DNA of 63,962 nucleotides, filler included, from Olpidium bornovanus S191 (GCA_017911155.1; 31 parts of 31 records of this genome joined end to end with filler, not necessarily neighbours in it); one strand, 5' to 3'; shown: positions 11,490-23,596, counted from the first letter of the whole stretch. Made by a program: numbers and translations. Notes: a model not told the origin generated them from the letters alone.

Positions 11490-12911
11490 TTCAAGCTCCA
11501 CCGGTTTCCGCCTGGCTGCCTCCCAGGAGTGCCGTGGACGCCGTGATCATTGCGGTCAAAGACCGGCACCGCGCCGACCTACGGCGCGAAAGTCATTCGA
11601 GCCCTGTTGGCCTCGACGTACCCGTGCACATGACGTATTTGCCGCGGGCCGGAGGGACGGGGGCGCGAGGAGTGAGAGGGGGGAAACGACGTTGATCCGA
11701 AGTGCCGGACGAGGTGTGAACAAGGGACGAAAGGACGGGGAACGGGAGAACGGGAGAACGGGGAGTGCGGGGCAGAAGGAAGGACGGATCGCCTTACCTG
11801 GAGGAGGTCGATCGCCGTCGGACAGCTGCCGAGGACGATGAGGACGAGCACAAAAGGCCGGGCCGCCCGCGAAACCGCCCGTGTAGCGCCGTGCGGCGAA
11901 GGCAGCCGGCACGGCGATGATGGGCGACGCGGCGAGGCGGATCGGCCGCCGGCCGGCGGAGCCGCCGCCGGGCCTCTCGTCTCGGGGAGGCCGGCGGGCC
12001 GAGACGCTCGACGGCGCCGCGCCCTTCCGCTGCCGCCGCCGCCGGCGGTTCCGCGCGCGCCGCCTCTCGCCGGACGTTGCTTCCGCGCCTGGCGGCGGAC
12101 GACCGGCGTCCGCCCCCGCGGCAGCCTCCTTTGCCGGCGTTCGCCGAGGGCGGCGGCGTGGCCAGCTCTACGCCCAATCGAAACGGTATGGAAGCGCTGC
12201 CGCGCTGCGCGACGGCGAACGTGAGGGAGGGATGCAGCGGGGCGACCGTGCCGACCAGCACCGCGGCGAGCGTCGACACACTACGGGCGCCGTCGTCGTC
12301 GCCTCCAAGAAGGCTAGCGCGCACGCCGGGAGTTGTCGCCGAACCGCCGCATCGGGGCGAGTTCGGCCGCCCTCGCCGGGCTCGCGAGCGACGGAGCGGT
12401 CCGCACGGCTTTCCCGCGAGCGGAGTTTCCGAGGCGGGCGAGTCGTCGCCCTTCCGGGGCGGCTCGGGCGGAAGCTTCGCGGAAACCCCTGGGCGAGTTC
12501 CGCAGATCACGACTGTCCTGCCGTGTTCCGACGGACGAAGACCGTCTGCGGTTCCGAACTCTCGTCACCTTTGTGCACGGTCCTGTCTCCTTTCACGATG
12601 GGCTGGTGGCTGTAGCTCTAGCAACTCCGAGTCCGAAAAAACCTGATGGACGTCATTCCTCTTAGGACGTCGACCGATAGCGTAAATTCCAAACGTTTAC
12701 GTGCGTGAGCTGGCTCCCGGAAGCGGCCGGGCGCAGCGGGGACAGCCCGAGCCCAATTCATCGAGGCAACGACGTGCTCCGCGTTGTCGCCCATGCCCCA
12801 GTACAGCACGCTCACGGTTTTCGACAAGCTCAGGCTCTGCATGAGGGCAATGGGCTGGCTGGTGGAGTTGGTGAACATCATGCTGACGATGGCGATACGT
12901 CGCTGGGACTC
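11490..12911 (-). pseudogene. Decayed PIN-LIKES/auxin-efflux-carrier-family (Mem_trans, ECM3/YBR287w-like) membrane transporter
   Basis: Motifs in family order: FTNSTSQPIALMQSL, RGMTSIRFF, LAAVLVGTVAPL, GSASIP..LGVELA, FVLVLIVLGSCPTAIDLLQ|IRHVHGYVEAN. They lie in different frames, with an in-frame TAG (FAP*VGAVPV) and a CAA in place of the expected CAG acceptor. Confidence 0.65.
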
Positions 12912-13011
12912 NNNNNNNNNNNNNNNNNNNNNNNNNNNNNNNNNNNNNNNNNNNNTTAATTAATTAANNNNNNNNNNNNNNNNNNNNNNNNNNNNNNNNN
13001 NNNNNNNNNNN

Positions 13012-14150
13012 CCCGCCAGCAGCATGGTCAAGGGATGCCCCACCTCGTACACCATGGTGCCGTGGCACCCGACCTGCAGGCACCTCCTGCCGTAAACGGA
13101 CATCATCCGAGTCCGCGCCCCGCAGGCGGAATCGTCGCAGACGAGCCAGCCATCGATGTACCGCCGGGCGTGTCGGCGGATTGCGCAAACAAGCTGCCAC
13201 TCGAGCGACGCCAGCGGCCGCGCCCTCCCGCACGCGAGGTTCGGGCAGTCTAGCCCGCACGTGAGAACTTGTGACGCGGGTGGGTCGGAAGCCCCTGCTC
13301 TTGCCGTCACTCCCTCGACCTCGCCCTTCTGGCCGCAATGTCGGCACGAAGGCGTGAACCGCTCGACGTTCTTGAACCTTTCCGCATCCGACATCTGCGA
13401 ATCCAAGGTGTACAGCTCTTCTGCCGGACGCGTTGCTGCGACTGCGAAGCCCCGGAATTTCGAAGGGTCAAGTCCTACACGTCGCATATTCACGTGATGT
13501 TAGCTTCCGGGACCTCCGCCGAAATCCCGCTGCCGGAAAGCCCAATAAGGAGCCCACCTAGGCAATCGGCGATCCGGACTGCGTCAGTGCCGTCTATTGG
13601 GTCAAGCAGCCGAGCCACCGGAGGGTGAATCTGATTGTTCAGGTACCATTCATAATCTGTTTATCCAGACGCAGTCAGTCGGAATACACATAACGGCCGC
13701 CTCCGCTTGAAAAAAAAATCCCACCAATTTTTAGCTTGCTTTCCGCTTTCCGCAGGTCATCGGGATGACGGGCGCGCGAGGCCGAAGAGTCGTTCTGTTC
13801 GCGGTCCGCTTTCGCTTCTTCCTCGCATATTACGTACGGGATGATCTCCCCTACTTGGACGTTAAGGCCCCTCGCTTTCATCTGCAGCGCTACGGTGACG
13901 TGAGGCTGCGAGTTCTTGTCTGGATAATGTTCGGGCGCCTTGCTCAGACTCTAACCTCGGCAACAGAATTGATGGGCAAACCGTGAGAAATCTGAATCCA
14001 CGCCGCCCATAAAAATCGAAAAAAGAAACGCAGTACCTTGTTGATGATGAATTTTTCCAAGGGTACAGCTTCTTTGCGGACATCTTCCGCAACATTGCTG
14101 AGGTGCTGGTGGATTTCCTCCACAGCCGCATCTCGGTTCTCGCTTGACAT
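13012..14150 (-). CDS. POL1: DNA polymerase alpha catalytic subunit, C-terminal part with zinc-finger CTD, spliced
   Basis: [10 protein letters not shown]|[61 protein letters not shown]|LDPSKF, CRHC...[20 protein letters not shown]...RC. Confidence 0.96.
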
Positions 14151-14252
14151 GANNNNNNNNNNNNNNNNNNNNNNNNNNNNNNNNNNNNNNNNNNNNTTAA
14201 TTAATTAANNNNNNNNNNNNNNNNNNNNNNNNNNNNNNNNNNNNNNNNNNNN

Positions 14253-16486
14253 GGGCAGATCGCGAAAGCCCTCTCCCACACGGAAGAGTCTGGCAAAACC
14301 GTTCTGCAGCAGAGGTAAGCCGTGGCGACTTTTGTCGCCTCGCCGCGTTTTGCGGCTTTCGTCAGGTGCATGCTCACCACGTTTCTATTGACGAAATTCG
14401 CAGGGTGGACCAACTGGCACTGCAACTTCTTGCATTTGCCGTGCTGCTCGCTGTGATCGTGTTCTCGGTCAACCGGTGGGATATCACTCCGGACGTTGCT
14501 CTGTACGCCATTTCGCTGTCCATCGCTGTGATTCCTGAGGGTCTCGTCGCAGTCATGACCATTACGATGGCTGTCTCCGTGCGTGCCATGGCTAAGCAGA
14601 AAGCCATCGTGCGGAAACTGAGCGCCTTGGAAGCGATTGGTCAGGTTTCCAACATCTGCAGCGACAAGGTGCGTCACGTCCGCCGCGGTTTTCCGGTGGT
14701 CTCGCGATGGAAGAGGATGCGGCGCTGTTGTGCTGACGATTGCTGTTTCTCTTTCCAGACCGGGACGATCACTCAAGGACGAATGGTGCTGTCGAAAGTC
14801 CACCTGCCTGGTGTGGGCGACTTCGATGTCACGGGCGAAGGGTACAACCCAGCAGGCGAAATCAAGCGCAGCGCCTCTGCTTTGCTGTCCCCGAAGCGCG
14901 CCGGAGCCGGCCGTCCGACCGACAGCAGCCCCCCTCTCTCCAAGGACGAATACCCGGAACAGCTCAAGCGCCTCGCTCGAGTGGCAGCTTTGTGCAACCA
15001 GGCGGTGCTTCGCAAAAGCGCCCGCCCTCAAGCGGCGTCGGTCATCGACATGGACGGTGACGATGAAAAGGCGGCGGCCGGGTGCGCGCCGCCCGCGGCG
15101 ACGTCGGAGAGCACTCTTCCGGTCGGCAGCGAGGAACACTGTTCGGAGAAGGGAGGCGATAAGGAGATCCGGGACGGCGGGTGGAAAGCATTTGGCGACC
15201 CCACCGAGTGCGCCATCCAGGTGTTTGCCACCAAGATCGGAATGGGAAAGTCGGATCTCATGGCGGAGTACGAGCTCATTGCCGAGTTTCCTTTCGAGTC
15301 GGCGATCAAGCGGGCCAGCGTCATCGTAAGGCGTAAAGAGAGCCGGGAGGTGTTTGTCCTGCTTAAGGGCGCGACCGAGCAGGTCATGAGCAAGTGCAGC
15401 GGCGTCGACGAGGCGGCAATACTCGGCCAAATGGAGGGCTTGGCGTCGCGCGGTCTGGTAGGTTCCGGCGCGTTCTTTACGACCGACGGGCTTTGATGAG
15501 CCGCGGGAGCTGAGAAACTCGAAACTTTCGTTTTGTGCCGGGAAGCGCGTCCTCGCTTTTGCGCAACGTGAAGTGCCCGAAGGCCTCGCCGACAGCGAGC
15601 TGCGCTGCTGGAAACGCGAGGACGCCGACAAGGACATGACCCTGCTCGGCCTGGTCGGGATTTTCGACCCCCCTCGGCCGCAATCGAAAGCGGCCATCCA
15701 GACGTGCGCGAAGGCGGGGATCTCCGTCCACATGCTCACGGGCGACCACCCGAAGACCGCAGCTGCGATCGCGCTCTCCGTCGGGTTGATCAGCAGGGCC
15801 GAGGCGAAGGCCACCAACTTCGCGTCTTTCCCCCCGCAAGCTTCGCCCGGGACCGGGCTCGAGCTGTTCCGGTCCATCACCATGGCGGCGGAGGAGCAGC
15901 CCACGGCGAACATGGTCATGACGGCCCAGGAATTTGACGCCCTGACAGACAGGGAAATCGACAGGCTCTCGCATCTGCCCAAGGTCATCGCCCGGTGCGC
16001 CCCGCACACGAAGACGCGCATGGTGGAGGCTCTTCATCGCCGGCAAAAGGTGGTTGCCATGACGGGAGACGGCGTGAACGGTAACGTCCTTCGCCTTTGT
16101 TTTCGTTTTTTTGCGGGTCGCAATCTGGTGGGGAGGGCGGGAGGGAAGAGAAGCTCCGATGCTCAACGGCTTTCCTTTTCGCTGCCCCAGACGCCCCCTC
16201 CCTCAAGGCCGCCGACGTCGGGATCGCCATGGGCCTCGCGGGCTCCGACGTCGCCAAGCAGGCCTCCGATATCGTGCTCACGAACGACAATTTTGCCACC
16301 ATCGCCAAGGCGGTTTTCGAGGGACGTCGCATTTTTGAGAACATCCAGAAGTTTATTCTGCATCTCATGTCCAGTAAGCGTCGTGACCGTTCGGGTTTGG
16401 CCGACGGGGTATTATAGGCGCAGGGTTCTCCGCCGGCAACTTGTTGACTCGAACTCCGCCTCTCCCGTTTTGTCCGATTCCAGCCA
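14253..16486 (+). CDS. ENA1: Type IID P-type ATPase (ENA Na+/K+ efflux pump), internal fragment, spliced
   Basis: IPEGL, ICSDK|[45 protein letters not shown]|[31 protein letters not shown]. The [11 protein letters not shown] and VIARCAP motifs are typical of ENA pumps. Confidence 0.92.
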
Positions 16487-16586
16487 NNNNNNNNNNNNNN
16501 NNNNNNNNNNNNNNNNNNNNNNNNNNNNNNTTAATTAATTAANNNNNNNNNNNNNNNNNNNNNNNNNNNNNNNNNNNNNNNNNNNN

Positions 16587-17581
16587 CCCCCCCCCCCCGG
16601 ACCAACTCTCCCCGGCGAAACCTTTTGCAACTACCTCCTCGGCTCGTTTGCAGACATTCCGAGCTGTGAGGCTTCTTCCAGCGCCTGGTGCAAGTTCGCT
16701 TTCACCGTCGCCCGGCGCGGGGCGTATTTGCCTTTCGTCCAGAAAAGGGTGGTCCAAGCGCAGTACTTTAAGGACCCCACGGACATACCTGCCTACCTTC
16801 GAGGGAACGTGTTCCTGCCGGATGTGAACAATGAGGACCCCCAGAGCCGCAAGCCCGAGTATAAGGCCCGCCTGGTGTCCCTTAACAAGTTTGTCATGAT
16901 CCGGTTCTCGGAGGACGTCACCGTTGTGCCCAAGAACAGTTCGGTGGGGGGCGCTGTTTTTTTGTGCTTCGTTGAGGAAAGACGATTTGGTCGTTTGCAA
17001 CGAGAGCGAGAGAGGACATGCGGTTTCTGCGTGGATCGCAGCACGTAGAGTTTTGCGCCATGAGAGGGGCCATCTCCGCGGTTTCCTGGCAAACTCGTGA
17101 TATATATATATATATATACGTTAACTCAGACCTGTTTGGCTTCGGCCGACCAGTGGTTTGGCTTCGTCAAGTACGAGGACGGCGTTCTGGTTCCCGAGCC
17201 GCTGCAGGAAAGCGAGCTGTATAAGCATGTACGGCCGCATGCGGCGAGGCGGTCCTTTTTTTTTTTCCCCCGTTCCCGTCACTATGCCGTCTCTGAGCAT
17301 TGCGCAACGCCTCATTACAACTCCCACGAACTTTCCTTTTCGTTTTTCAGGACTGGTTGGGCCTCCGCGAGCTTGACGAGCAAGGAAGGCTGATCTTCCT
17401 GGAGGCTCCGGGACCGCACGTACGTTGCTCCGCAAGGCGGCAAAACAACACAAAGAACAAAAAAAATCGGAGTTTCACTGTTTGTAATTCACCCCTTTGC
17501 CGTCGCAAGCAGATGCGGATTGGCGTGGACTACTTCCTCAACGAGATCGTAAGGCCCTATCTGGCCGAACCGGTCGGCTGA
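16587..17581 (+). CDS. PPT1: Palmitoyl-protein thioesterase 1, C-terminal part, spliced
   Basis: VQKRVVQAQYFKDP...YLRGNVFLPDVNNE...YKARLVSLNKFVMIRFSEDVTVVPKNSS|WFGF...LQESELYKH|DWLGLRELDEQGRLIFLEAPGPH|MRIG. Confidence 0.93.
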
Positions 17582-18499
17582 ATCGGGTGCGTGGGGGGGG
17601 GGGGGGGGGGGGGGGGGGGAAAAGGAAAGGNNNNNNNNNNNNNNNNNNNNNNNNNNNNNNNNNNNNNNNNNNNNTTAATTAATTAANNNNNNNNNNNNNN
17701 NNNNNNNNNNNNNNNNNNNNNNNNNNNNNNCCGCCGCCGCCCCCAGCAGTCATCGTAGCACCCGGTCGCGGACAACCGCCGCCGTCGCCCTTCTGTCGTC
17801 GACCTCCGCCTCTTTGGTCCCCGTGCCCCTTGCTACCAGCGAACCTTCCTCGGTGGCCGCGCCCGCGCCGCCATCTGCCCGCGGGTCTTCCTCGGCGACC
17901 GTTGCTCCCAGCGGGTCTTCCTCCAGCGGCAACGCGTCGGCTCCCGGCTCGGTGGCAGCTGACACGCCACCCGCTCCGTAGTCGCAACACTACTCCTTTT
18001 TTTCTTTCCTTCCAGAGGGAAACAAAATAAAAAAACCGTGAGTATGGTGAAATTTCGAGATCAAGTTTTGGAATTTGGTCTTGGCATTTGGTAGTTGAAA
18101 CTTGATCGCCCTGCCTCCTTCATTCCAGATCCCCGCCATCCTTTCCTCGCCTTCAACCTGACGTTTGGAGCCTTGAGGCACCACACTCCCTCTCATCGAC
18201 CGAACCGTCCATAACGCCGCAGATAGCACTGTCAGCAAACGTGGTCGATGAGCGAGTATGGTCCGGTCCCGAATGCGTCCTCCGGCAACCTTCCGCGTCC
18301 CACGCTGCACGATTTTTTTTTATTTGTCCCGAGTCTCCCGATGGGTATCCAACGATCATAGACTGCCTACATATCCTCGACGAGGAATCAGGGCGTCGTA
18401 GTTGAAATACGCTCGTTGTGTGCTAATCGTGCATTCTTGAGTGCAGGTCTGTTTCTTCTTCGTCGCGTCCCAACTCGTCTTCTTCGCTGAGCTCAGCCT

Positions 18500-18991
18500 C
18501 CAGCGGGGTCGGTTCCGTTCGCATCTCACCAGTTTGACAGCGGAACAGCCGGATCTGAGTTCCCAAATATCGAGTCTTTAACGGGGTTCCATCCAGCTCA
18601 CGAAAGACATAAGTTCAGGTGTCTCGGTTTACTTCGTCCACAACATAGGGCCTAAACCACCGAGGCAAGAGTTTCCGCTCTGTCCAAAACTCGTTGAATA
18701 TTTGATCATTTCACACTAAAACCCACACTCCGGGTTCAATGGTTTGTTCCCGTGTCGTTCGGGCTGAGTCCACCATCTCCTTTGCCTTTTTCCCGTTCTT
18801 TCTCCAGTCGCTCCTTAGCCCGTTCAAGCTCGACTTTCCGTCTTTCTAGCTGCCTGAGCCGCAACGCAATAAGCTCATCCGTCGTACAGCCATCCTCCCA
18901 TGGTAGGCCTGCCCAACTTAGCATGTCCATGTCCACCGGGAAAGACGGGCGCGTTCCAGTTAGTAGCTCCGCTGGCATGTACCCGGTCGAT
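18500..18991 (-). mobile_element. Ty3/Gypsy integrase C-terminal remnant (pseudogenised)
   Basis: STGYMPAELLTG..FPVD..LSW...TTDELIALRLRQL, then PGVWVLV*ND...KLLPRWFRPYVVDEV...*TYVFRELDGTPLK. Two in-frame TGA stops at 18711-18713 and 18615-18617. Confidence 0.8.
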
Positions 18992-19255
18992 TGTTGGTAC
19001 TCAAGCCCTCACTGCCCTCAAAGTAGTTAGCCCGAACCCCAAAATAAACCAAACACAACAAAAACCAAACCACAGGTTATGAGCCCAACGACGCCCCGCC
19101 CGTGAACCATCCTACCATCCATCCTTCGTGAACTCTCCCGAAGAGCGTGAACGCTCCCGAAGAGCGTGCACCATCCTACCATTCTTCCTTGCGCTCCCGA
19201 AGAGCGCACCAACCCTTCCGCGCAGCCCCGCCGCCTTCCGCTGCTGCGCGCCCGC
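18992..19255 (+). mobile_element. Short LTR (18992-19074, TGTT...CACA) + Ty5/copia-type PBS GGTTATGAGCCC (19075-19086) + start of internal region
   Basis: TG...CA ends, AATAAA inside, exact GGTTATGAGCCC directly after the LTR. The same PBS and downstream AAxGACGCCCxGCC occur in reverse at 30996-31021. Confidence 0.7.
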
Positions 19256-20129
19256 NNNNNNNNNNNNNNNNNNNNNNNNNNNNNNNNNNNNNNNNNNNNT
19301 TAATTAATTAANNNNNNNNNNNNNNNNNNNNNNNNNNNNNNNNNNNNNNNNNNNNCATGCGCGCTTATGTTATGAATAATGTAATGTACGTTAACATTCA
19401 TAATGTTTCGATTACAGTAGACAGTGAGGGCGTGGTGATTTATTTGGAGGTGACGCACGACATTCACGCTGCCACATCCGGTGTCAAAATTCAGATTTCT
19501 GTGTTCGACTCTTGCTCTCGGATTTGATGCCAATTGAATTGCAGCTGCCAAATCCGCTGCCAATTTTTTGTTTTTTTTTTTTATTTGAATGGAAATCCGG
19601 GCCGCGGGCTAAGAGCGAGTAGATTGCTTCCAACCGGGCTTTCGGTGCGCGCTTGCCATGCCGAGCTTGGGGTCCTCCCAGAGAGACGACAGGTTGGCCG
19701 TGCTTTTGACTGCGTGCGCCGCCCTGGCCCTCGTCGTCGTGCGGGGTGGACGGGGATGGTTGTTTGTCGCACGTGGGATTGAGAGCTTGAGATCTGAGAC
19801 GACGGTGGAGCGAAGGCTGGCAAGGCCCTCCTCCGCCGCGCCCGGCGCCGCTTCCGAGCGAGGCTGCAAAAGCTGCGCGCTTTGACGCCTCCCGGCGGAC
19901 CCCCCGCCAAAACGCCCGCGATCTCGGGCGGTCTCGTTCGCCGTCTGGCGCTCTCCGCCGCCGGCGCCCGCATTGCGTTTTCCCTCGTCGCCTTCCTCGT
20001 GCTGCTCGTCCGCGCCCACCAAGCGCCCAACAGCACAGACCCCCTCTCCCCCCTCATTCCCTCCTCCCGCTCGCCCGATCCGGCATTGGCGCGCTCTGCG
20101 TGAACCTGGGACCCGCAGCTCTTCCGACG

Positions 20130-21020
20130 ATGGATGGTAAGTGCGGGCGTATTGGAAACAGCTGCCGCGTCGCGCCCAATCGGCCGCTGACGACGGCTTT
20201 TGCACTGCAAAAACGGCCCAGCCGTGGTCCCGCGAACGCGGGTGAATCTCCACGGGGACCTCCATTTTGAGGCGGATCTTGACGCCATCAAGAACGAAAA
20301 CATTGATCTAAAAAAGGCCGTCAACGAGCAGCAAGAGAAATCAAAAAGGTTTGCGCGCCTCTCACAGATATTCGCTCGTTCAGGGCCGACCCGCAGCCGG
20401 CGCGACCGCTTGACCTTTCCTGTTTGCTTTGCAGGCTTCTCACCAAATTGAACAAGTTGACGGAAGATCTCAAAAAGGCACGCTCGGCAAATGCCAGCTC
20501 CTCCGGCGGTCGAGGTAATTCTGAGGGAGGGGCGTCTTGGCACGCGCACACGCCATGAAACATCGGCTTACGACTGGACGAATTTTTCTTGAACCGTCGT
20601 CGCGGGGACATTCCCGCGCACACGCTTTCCAATACTCTGTCTCTTTCATTCGCCGGATTTGCGTACTCTCGAAAGAAAAGTCATCGTGCGACCGCGCCGT
20701 GACGTGGAGACCGAGCACCTAGTCGACGACCTCCGATCGCAGATCGCTGAGATGAGCAAAAGTAACAGCACGTTGAAAAGTAAGGTGAGAGCACTGTGCG
20801 TCCATTTCCCCTCTCTTTGCCGAGTTGTTGAGTTTTGAATAGTTATCGATTTTGGAGTTGGCGATCGCCTTGTTGCCGATCGCCAGGTCGTCAGCGTCAC
20901 TGACTATTCCTACAACGAAAAAATCTCTCCTGGACCGCAGTTATCATACTTTAAATCGCTGCAAGAGGCTCAGTCCAGAAAGCGTTCGCCGTACGATCAC
21001 GTCGGGCCTCGAATCGATGG
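20130..21020 (+). CDS. RPGRIP1L: RPGRIP1L/fantom ciliary transition-zone protein, N-terminal coiled coil, spliced
   Basis: ATG GAT G|GTAAGT; ENIDLKKAVNEQQEKSK|RLLTKLNKLTEDLKK...RRDVETEHLVDDLRSQIAEMSKSNSTLKSK|LSYFKSLQEAQSRKRSPYDHVGPRID. This parallels the RPGRIP1L N-terminus (ENILLK..KQEDKIKRMATKL..RDVEMEEMIEQL..TPYNNVQSRI). Confidence 0.85.
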
Positions 21021-21602
21021 TGTGAGTTTGGTTTTTGTGTGTTTCGCCGCCATGNNNNNNNNNNNNNNNNNNNNNNNNNNNNNNNNNNNNNNNNNNNNTT
21101 AATTAATTAANNNNNNNNNNNNNNNNNNNNNNNNNNNNNNNNNNNNNNNNNNNNCATGAACCATACCGTACGGGCGCTCTTCCGATCACGGCAAACGGTC
21201 GGTGAATTGAGTTTTCTTTCGTGAACATTGCGGGCGTTGCAGGAGAGCTGCACAAATTGGGAAATGGGCGTTTCGATTTTCTCAAAATGACCGTTGGCTG
21301 CAAATGGCCCCTTTTGTGGTGATCTGCGGGAGCAACCAGGACTGGACTTGTCCGACAGACGGTTACGACCGCGGTCGATTGGAGTTGCATTCCCCCGATG
21401 TGCGCCGTACGCTTAATAACCCAGCAACCGAATATTCAATGTCTGCGCGAAGCGTCGCTCAGAAGGACCTGAAAGTGGAACCACGGCTCAAAGCAGGCCT
21501 GGGAGGGGGGGGGGAGTTCGGAGGGCTGAAATAGATGACTCTTTCTTTCAAGTCCAGAGGTAGCCGCTGACGATGCGGGACCACACTTTCCAGTTAAACA
21601 CT

Positions 21603-22371
21603 CTATAAAGGCGGAAATGGTTTCAAGGGAACAGGGAGTTTTTGCCGGCTGAGTTTCGTGATCCGTCCATTTTTCCAACAGGAGCAGATTCCGTGTTCCA
21701 ACACAAATTTTCCAATGCGAGCAATGCCGTGTCCGCGTTCCAACTTCGTCCTACCATCCCCACCCACGACGCAAACACACAAAACAAAAATTTCACCATA
21801 CCGTTTGCCTTGGCCCTCCCCTCCGGCTCCCGCGACGACGATGAGGGGCATGAGGTGGTCCGCAGCGTGCGGCGGGTGACATTCCCGAGCCTGAGGCATA
21901 TTCTCCCAGGCGGCGAGCTTTTCCTCTCTCTCGCGGCGGGTGGGGGCCTCGCAGGCTGCCTGGAGGGCGGTTTCGAAAGGCTCGTTGCTGGCGCGTCCCT
22001 CGGCGGGCCGCGCGTCGCGGAAATGCCTGCGAATTTCCGGGAGGTTGTGGTAGGTCATCCCCGAGCCGACGATGGCGACGCCCTCGTCGCGCAGCGGCTC
22101 GAGAGCGGCGCCGACGCGCAGATGGGCGGCGGCGTCCTGTGACGCCAGGATGCTCATCTGGACGACAGGGATGGCGTCCGCCTCCGGGTTAAGTAGCTTC
22201 AGTGGCACGAAGACGCCGTGGTCCCAGTTGCGGCTGGGGTCCAGCATCGCGTCGATCCCCGCCGCCTTGAGCAGGTCGAAAACCCGCTTGGCGACAGAAG
22301 GCTCGCCGGAGACGTCGTACGTTATCTTGAAGGATTCGGGAGGGAACCCACCTGCGTTGACGGGAAACAAA

Positions 22372-22407
<36 letters not shown>

Positions 22408-23087
22408 AAAAATTCGGGGTGATCCCTCCTTCTTTTTTTTTTTTCCTCGGCGTTTTTCACTTCTCGGATTGTCTTGGTATCGGGGTGGGGGAGGGCGGGG
22501 CCAAGTGCACCGCGCGGGCAGTGGTTCCAACCCTTCAGGCGACCGCGTCCCGTCCCCCAAACGCCCTCGCCTCCGGGATTGGACTGTTCGGATGAGGGGG
22601 AGGAGGGGACGAAGGGGCTGAGGGGGAGGGCGGGCGGGCGGGGTCTGGGGGGATGGGCTGCTTGCTCACTGTAGTCGTACAACAGCTCGTGCTTTTCGCC
22701 CGAAGATATGGTCGGCACGTCGGTCTCCCAGTGCGCCGTGACGAGGAGTATGGCCTTCGGCCGCGGGTCTCGGAAATACGATCTCGCCTCCCCCATCAGC
22801 CATTTCACCAGGGGCTCGTGGCGCGGGTCGCCCAGAAGCGGCAAAGGTCCGCCGCCTGGAGCGTTGGGGGTGGGAGGGAAGGTGGCGGCGGCCGAACGGC
22901 GAGCAGGTTCAGAGGACCGGAGGCGGGCGACGTAGGCCGACGGGCGAGGGGAAGACCCGCCGGAGGCGACAGGAACACGTCCTCTGCCACGCTTTCTTCC
23001 CCTTTCCCGACTTCTTCCCCCACCCGCCTTTGCCTTACCGTGCGGCACGAACAGGGCCGGCGCCCGTCCAGTTGCTTCCTTCCTCAT
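21603..23087 (-). CDS. LigB-family extradiol ring-cleavage dioxygenase (DODA/YgiD-like), spliced; 3' end uncertain
   Basis: MRKEATGRAPALFVPHG|GGPLPLLGD, AILLVTAHWE, LLYDY|.GFPPE, RNWDHGVFVPLKL, IPVVQMS, GVAIVGSGMTYHNL, HPPHAADHLMPL. Confidence 0.93.
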
Positions 23088-23596
23088 GGAGTGCGCTCTT
23101 TCCCCGCGATTTGTAAGAATGGGTTCGGCACGGTTTCCAACGCTCGACGGCCGGAATAAATAAAAAATAAAAAACCATAAAAAAAATCCAAAAAAAAAAT
23201 GCGGGGTAGGGAGCCGAAATGTTGTAAACAGTATGATGCGCTCTACGGGTCACGTGACCATCCACTTGCTATTGCTGGAGGAGCCGGCGCATCCTCCGGT
23301 TTCCTCCCTTCGGTTGCGAACAGCAAACAAAGGAGAAGACGGGAAGAAGACGGGAAGAAGCAGAGAGCGAATCGCAACACGAAATAAGACGTGTCACGCG
23401 TTATTTCCGGGCGCGAGCTAGGCCACTTTCTTTTATCCTTACCGCATCCTCATACACTGCCCACGGTAGGCGGAGATTTTTTTCTGCGCAATATTCCGTG
23501 GCGGTTCATTGGCACGGCACGTAGAACAGGAGTCCCTCCCACGGGCACGTTTGGGAAGGCTTTTCCCTCCCACTGGACGCCCCTGCCTGTGACCAT

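Noticed and set aside
14201-16021. 606-aa ORF on minus
   Set aside because: Antisense shadow of the ENA ATPase exons.
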